DNA of 24,000 bases from Acaryochloris marina S15 (lineage in GTDB: Bacteria; Cyanobacteriota; Cyanobacteriia; Thermosynechococcales; Thermosynechococcaceae). Every line of letters begins with the position of its first letter. Positions within the stretch are counted from its first letter, which is position 1. Position numbers and translations under genes: made by a program. The DNA lies in assembly GCF_018336915.1 (NCBI RefSeq), contig NZ_CP064923.1, positions 5,305,551-5,329,550 on the forward strand, written 5' to 3'. Below, in pieces: positions 22,290 to 24,000 of this stretch. The notes below the pieces were generated by a model that had not been told where the DNA came from, ran no database searches, and saw only the letters and a program-made list of their open reading frames with translations.

Positions 22290-23780
22290 ATGAGTAAGTT
22301 CATTAAGGGCGCTGGTATTTCATTTATTGGGCAACTAGGAAGTACTGGCTTAAAATACCTCACCCAAGTTACTCTAGCCTGGATTTTTGGAGCTGAAGTG
22401 TTTGGTTTATACACCCTGGGTCTCGTTTTCTATCAATTTTGTGACTTATTTGCTCGGTTAGGCTTAGAGTTTGGAGCTGTACGTTATGTTGCCATCAACA
22501 CGACTGCAGAAAGCCGCCCCAACTTAAAAGGGGTTCTACTGACCATACTAGGTCTCCCATTCATATTCGGATGTGTTCTTGGAGGCATACTATTTTATTG
22601 GTCTAGTTTTATTGCCACCGATATTTTTCAAAAACCAGACTTAGCTGTTGTTCTACAGATATTTTCTCTCGCTATACCTGTCGGCGCTAGCATGACCACA
22701 GGCTCGTTTGCAACAACAGGGTTTCAAACTACTTTATATAGAGTCTTAGTATTTGACTTAATTGTGCCATTCACCAATCTATTCTTCGCGATTGGTTTAG
22801 GGCTAATTGGATTCAAGCTATTGGGAGCATCCTTAGCTTGGTTAATAGCATTAATAGTTGGTTTAATACTTATTTTTTATTTTATTTGCAATCTATTTCC
22901 AGATATTTTTTCAAGCAAAGTAAAGCCAGTTTTCAATCTAAAAGAAATCCTTAGTTTCTCTTTACCATTATCTTTTGGAACATTTGTTTGGTTACTTTTA
23001 ATTTGGACTGATATCTTGATGCTAGGCTACTATAGCAGCGCATCAGAAGTCGGGATCTATCGAGCTGCTTCACAAACTGCTTTTTTGATGATCCTTTTTG
23101 ATCGTTCTCTCATCACAATTTTTGTGCCTACAATTGCAAGCTTATTTAATCAAGAGAAACTGTCAGAGGCTAATCAACTATATACAACTTCTACTCGTTG
23201 GAATTTTATCCTAACTTTACCGCTGTTTATCATACTAACTATTTCTAGCCAACATATACTCAAAATTTATGGCTCTGATTTTCAATCTGCATGGATGATT
23301 CTAATTATCTTGGCAACAGGACAATTAACAAGATCAGGGGGCGGTGGCTTATGCATGCATATGTTAGCCATGTCAGGAAACCAATATTTAAAGCTATATG
23401 GTGATATTGCTCTAGCCACTACAAATATAACACTTAATTTTTTGCTCATTCCCTTATGGGGACCACTAGGAGCATCTATTGCTACTGCTTCTAGCATGGC
23501 TGGAATTAATTTAGTGCGCGTGATTCAAGTCAAGTACGTTCTAGGAGTTTATCCATATTCATTTCGTGATTTCAAACTCATTATTTGTGGTGTAGTGGCT
23601 GCTTTGTCTGGCGTCTTAATTCAGTATTTTTTGCATGACATATTTTATTTACTGCTAATTGCAATATCTGCACTTGTCATGATTATTACATACAGCCTGA
23701 TTCTTTTTTTTACAGCACTCAATGAAGATGACAAACTACTTATCAATCAGTATAAAATAAAGCTTAAAAACTTTCTATAA
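22290..23780 (+). CDS. wzx: Wzx-type oligosaccharide/polysaccharide flippase (MOP superfamily)
   Basis: 496 aa with about 12-14 hydrophobic segments. The N-terminus MSKFIKGAGISFIGQLGSTGLKYLTQVTLAWIFGAEVFGLY is typical of Polysacc_synt proteins. Confidence 0.75.
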   Translation: MSKFIKGAGISFIGQLGSTGLKYLTQVTLAWIFGAEVFGLYTLGLVFYQFCDLFARLGLEFGAVRYVAINTTAESRPNLKGVLLTILGLPFIFGCVLGGILFYWSSFIATDIFQKPDLAVVLQIFSLAIPVGASMTTGSFATTGFQTTLYRVLVFDLIVPFTNLFFAIGLGLIGFKLLGASLAWLIALIVGLILIFYFICNLFPDIFSSKVKPVFNLKEILSFSLPLSFGTFVWLLLIWTDILMLGYYSSASEVGIYRAASQTAFLMILFDRSLITIFVPTIASLFNQEKLSEANQLYTTSTRWNFILTLPLFIILTISSQHILKIYGSDFQSAWMILIILATGQLTRSGGGGLCMHMLAMSGNQYLKLYGDIALATTNITLNFLLIPLWGPLGASIATASSMAGINLVRVIQVKYVLGVYPYSFRDFKLIICGVVAALSGVLIQYFLHDIFYLLLIAISALVMIITYSLILFFTALNEDDKLLINQYKIKLKNFL

Positions 23781-24000
23781 GATGAAATTTGCGAAAGAAA
23801 GAATACTATTTCAACAGTACTAATTCAAGAAGCCAGCAACTAAGATAAGTTGTGACAAGGAATGACTTCTATCCCTTATCGGGTAGTTTTATTATATGCT
23901 TTCGCTCATGAGCAAGTCTCAAAATATCTTTTGAATCATTGATTAAATACTTCCTGGTTAGTTCACCGTATAAATTGAGTCAATAGCACAACATAAAGCG

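Noticed and set aside
18237-24000. A mobile element (IS, transposon or phage) as the vehicle for the low-GC cassette.
   Set aside because: No transposase, integrase or terminal inverted repeat is visible at the 18.24-kb boundary. The right boundary lies outside the window, so only compositional evidence exists.

Overview
This window looks like cyanobacterial chromosome. Evidence: five copies of the HIP1 octamer GCGATCGC, a plant-type ferredoxin, a DUF3326-like gene, an NDC1/NdbB-type NDH-2 and a 2-Cys peroxiredoxin. It falls into four blocks. (1) 1-3.6 kb is housekeeping: ferredoxin, a small ORF, a DUF3326-like protein, a CPBP protease, a divergent sigma-like protein, tRNA-Ser(GCU) and rpmB. 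(2) 3.8-8.3 kb is an accessory-looking pair transcribed divergently from an 890-bp, very AT-rich, ORF-free spacer. One gene is an uncharacterised TIGR03032/DUF4915-like protein. The other is an 825-aa secreted-type protein with about 9 ELWxxDGT repeats followed by RTX nonapeptide repeats, and its DNA carries near-identical internal duplications. (3) 8.4-10.4 kb holds NdbB-like NDH-2 and 2-Cys Prx, closed by a perfect 17-bp hairpin. (4) 10.5-24 kb is a glycan biosynthesis region. It starts with an ArnC/GtrB-like GT2 (minus strand) and a GT4 glycosyltransferase split into two ORFs. A tight operon follows: GlpD-like flavoenzyme, YdjM-like hydrolase, DxHxH hypothetical, SAM methyltransferase, extended SDR. 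After a sharp drop in G+C at about 18.24 kb comes a cassette of FkbH-like HAD-IIIC enzyme, dedicated ACP, hexapeptide acyltransferase, sulfotransferase and Wzx flippase. The best candidate for an undescribed system is this FkbH-like/ACP/acyltransferase/sulfotransferase cassette. It suggests ACP-dependent acylation plus sulfation of an exported glycan, and no PKS is visible in the window. The TIGR03032 / ELWxxDGT-RTX divergent pair is the second candidate. I found no CRISPR array, transposase, integrase or rRNA. All family assignments rest on motif recognition by eye and need HMM or BLAST confirmation.
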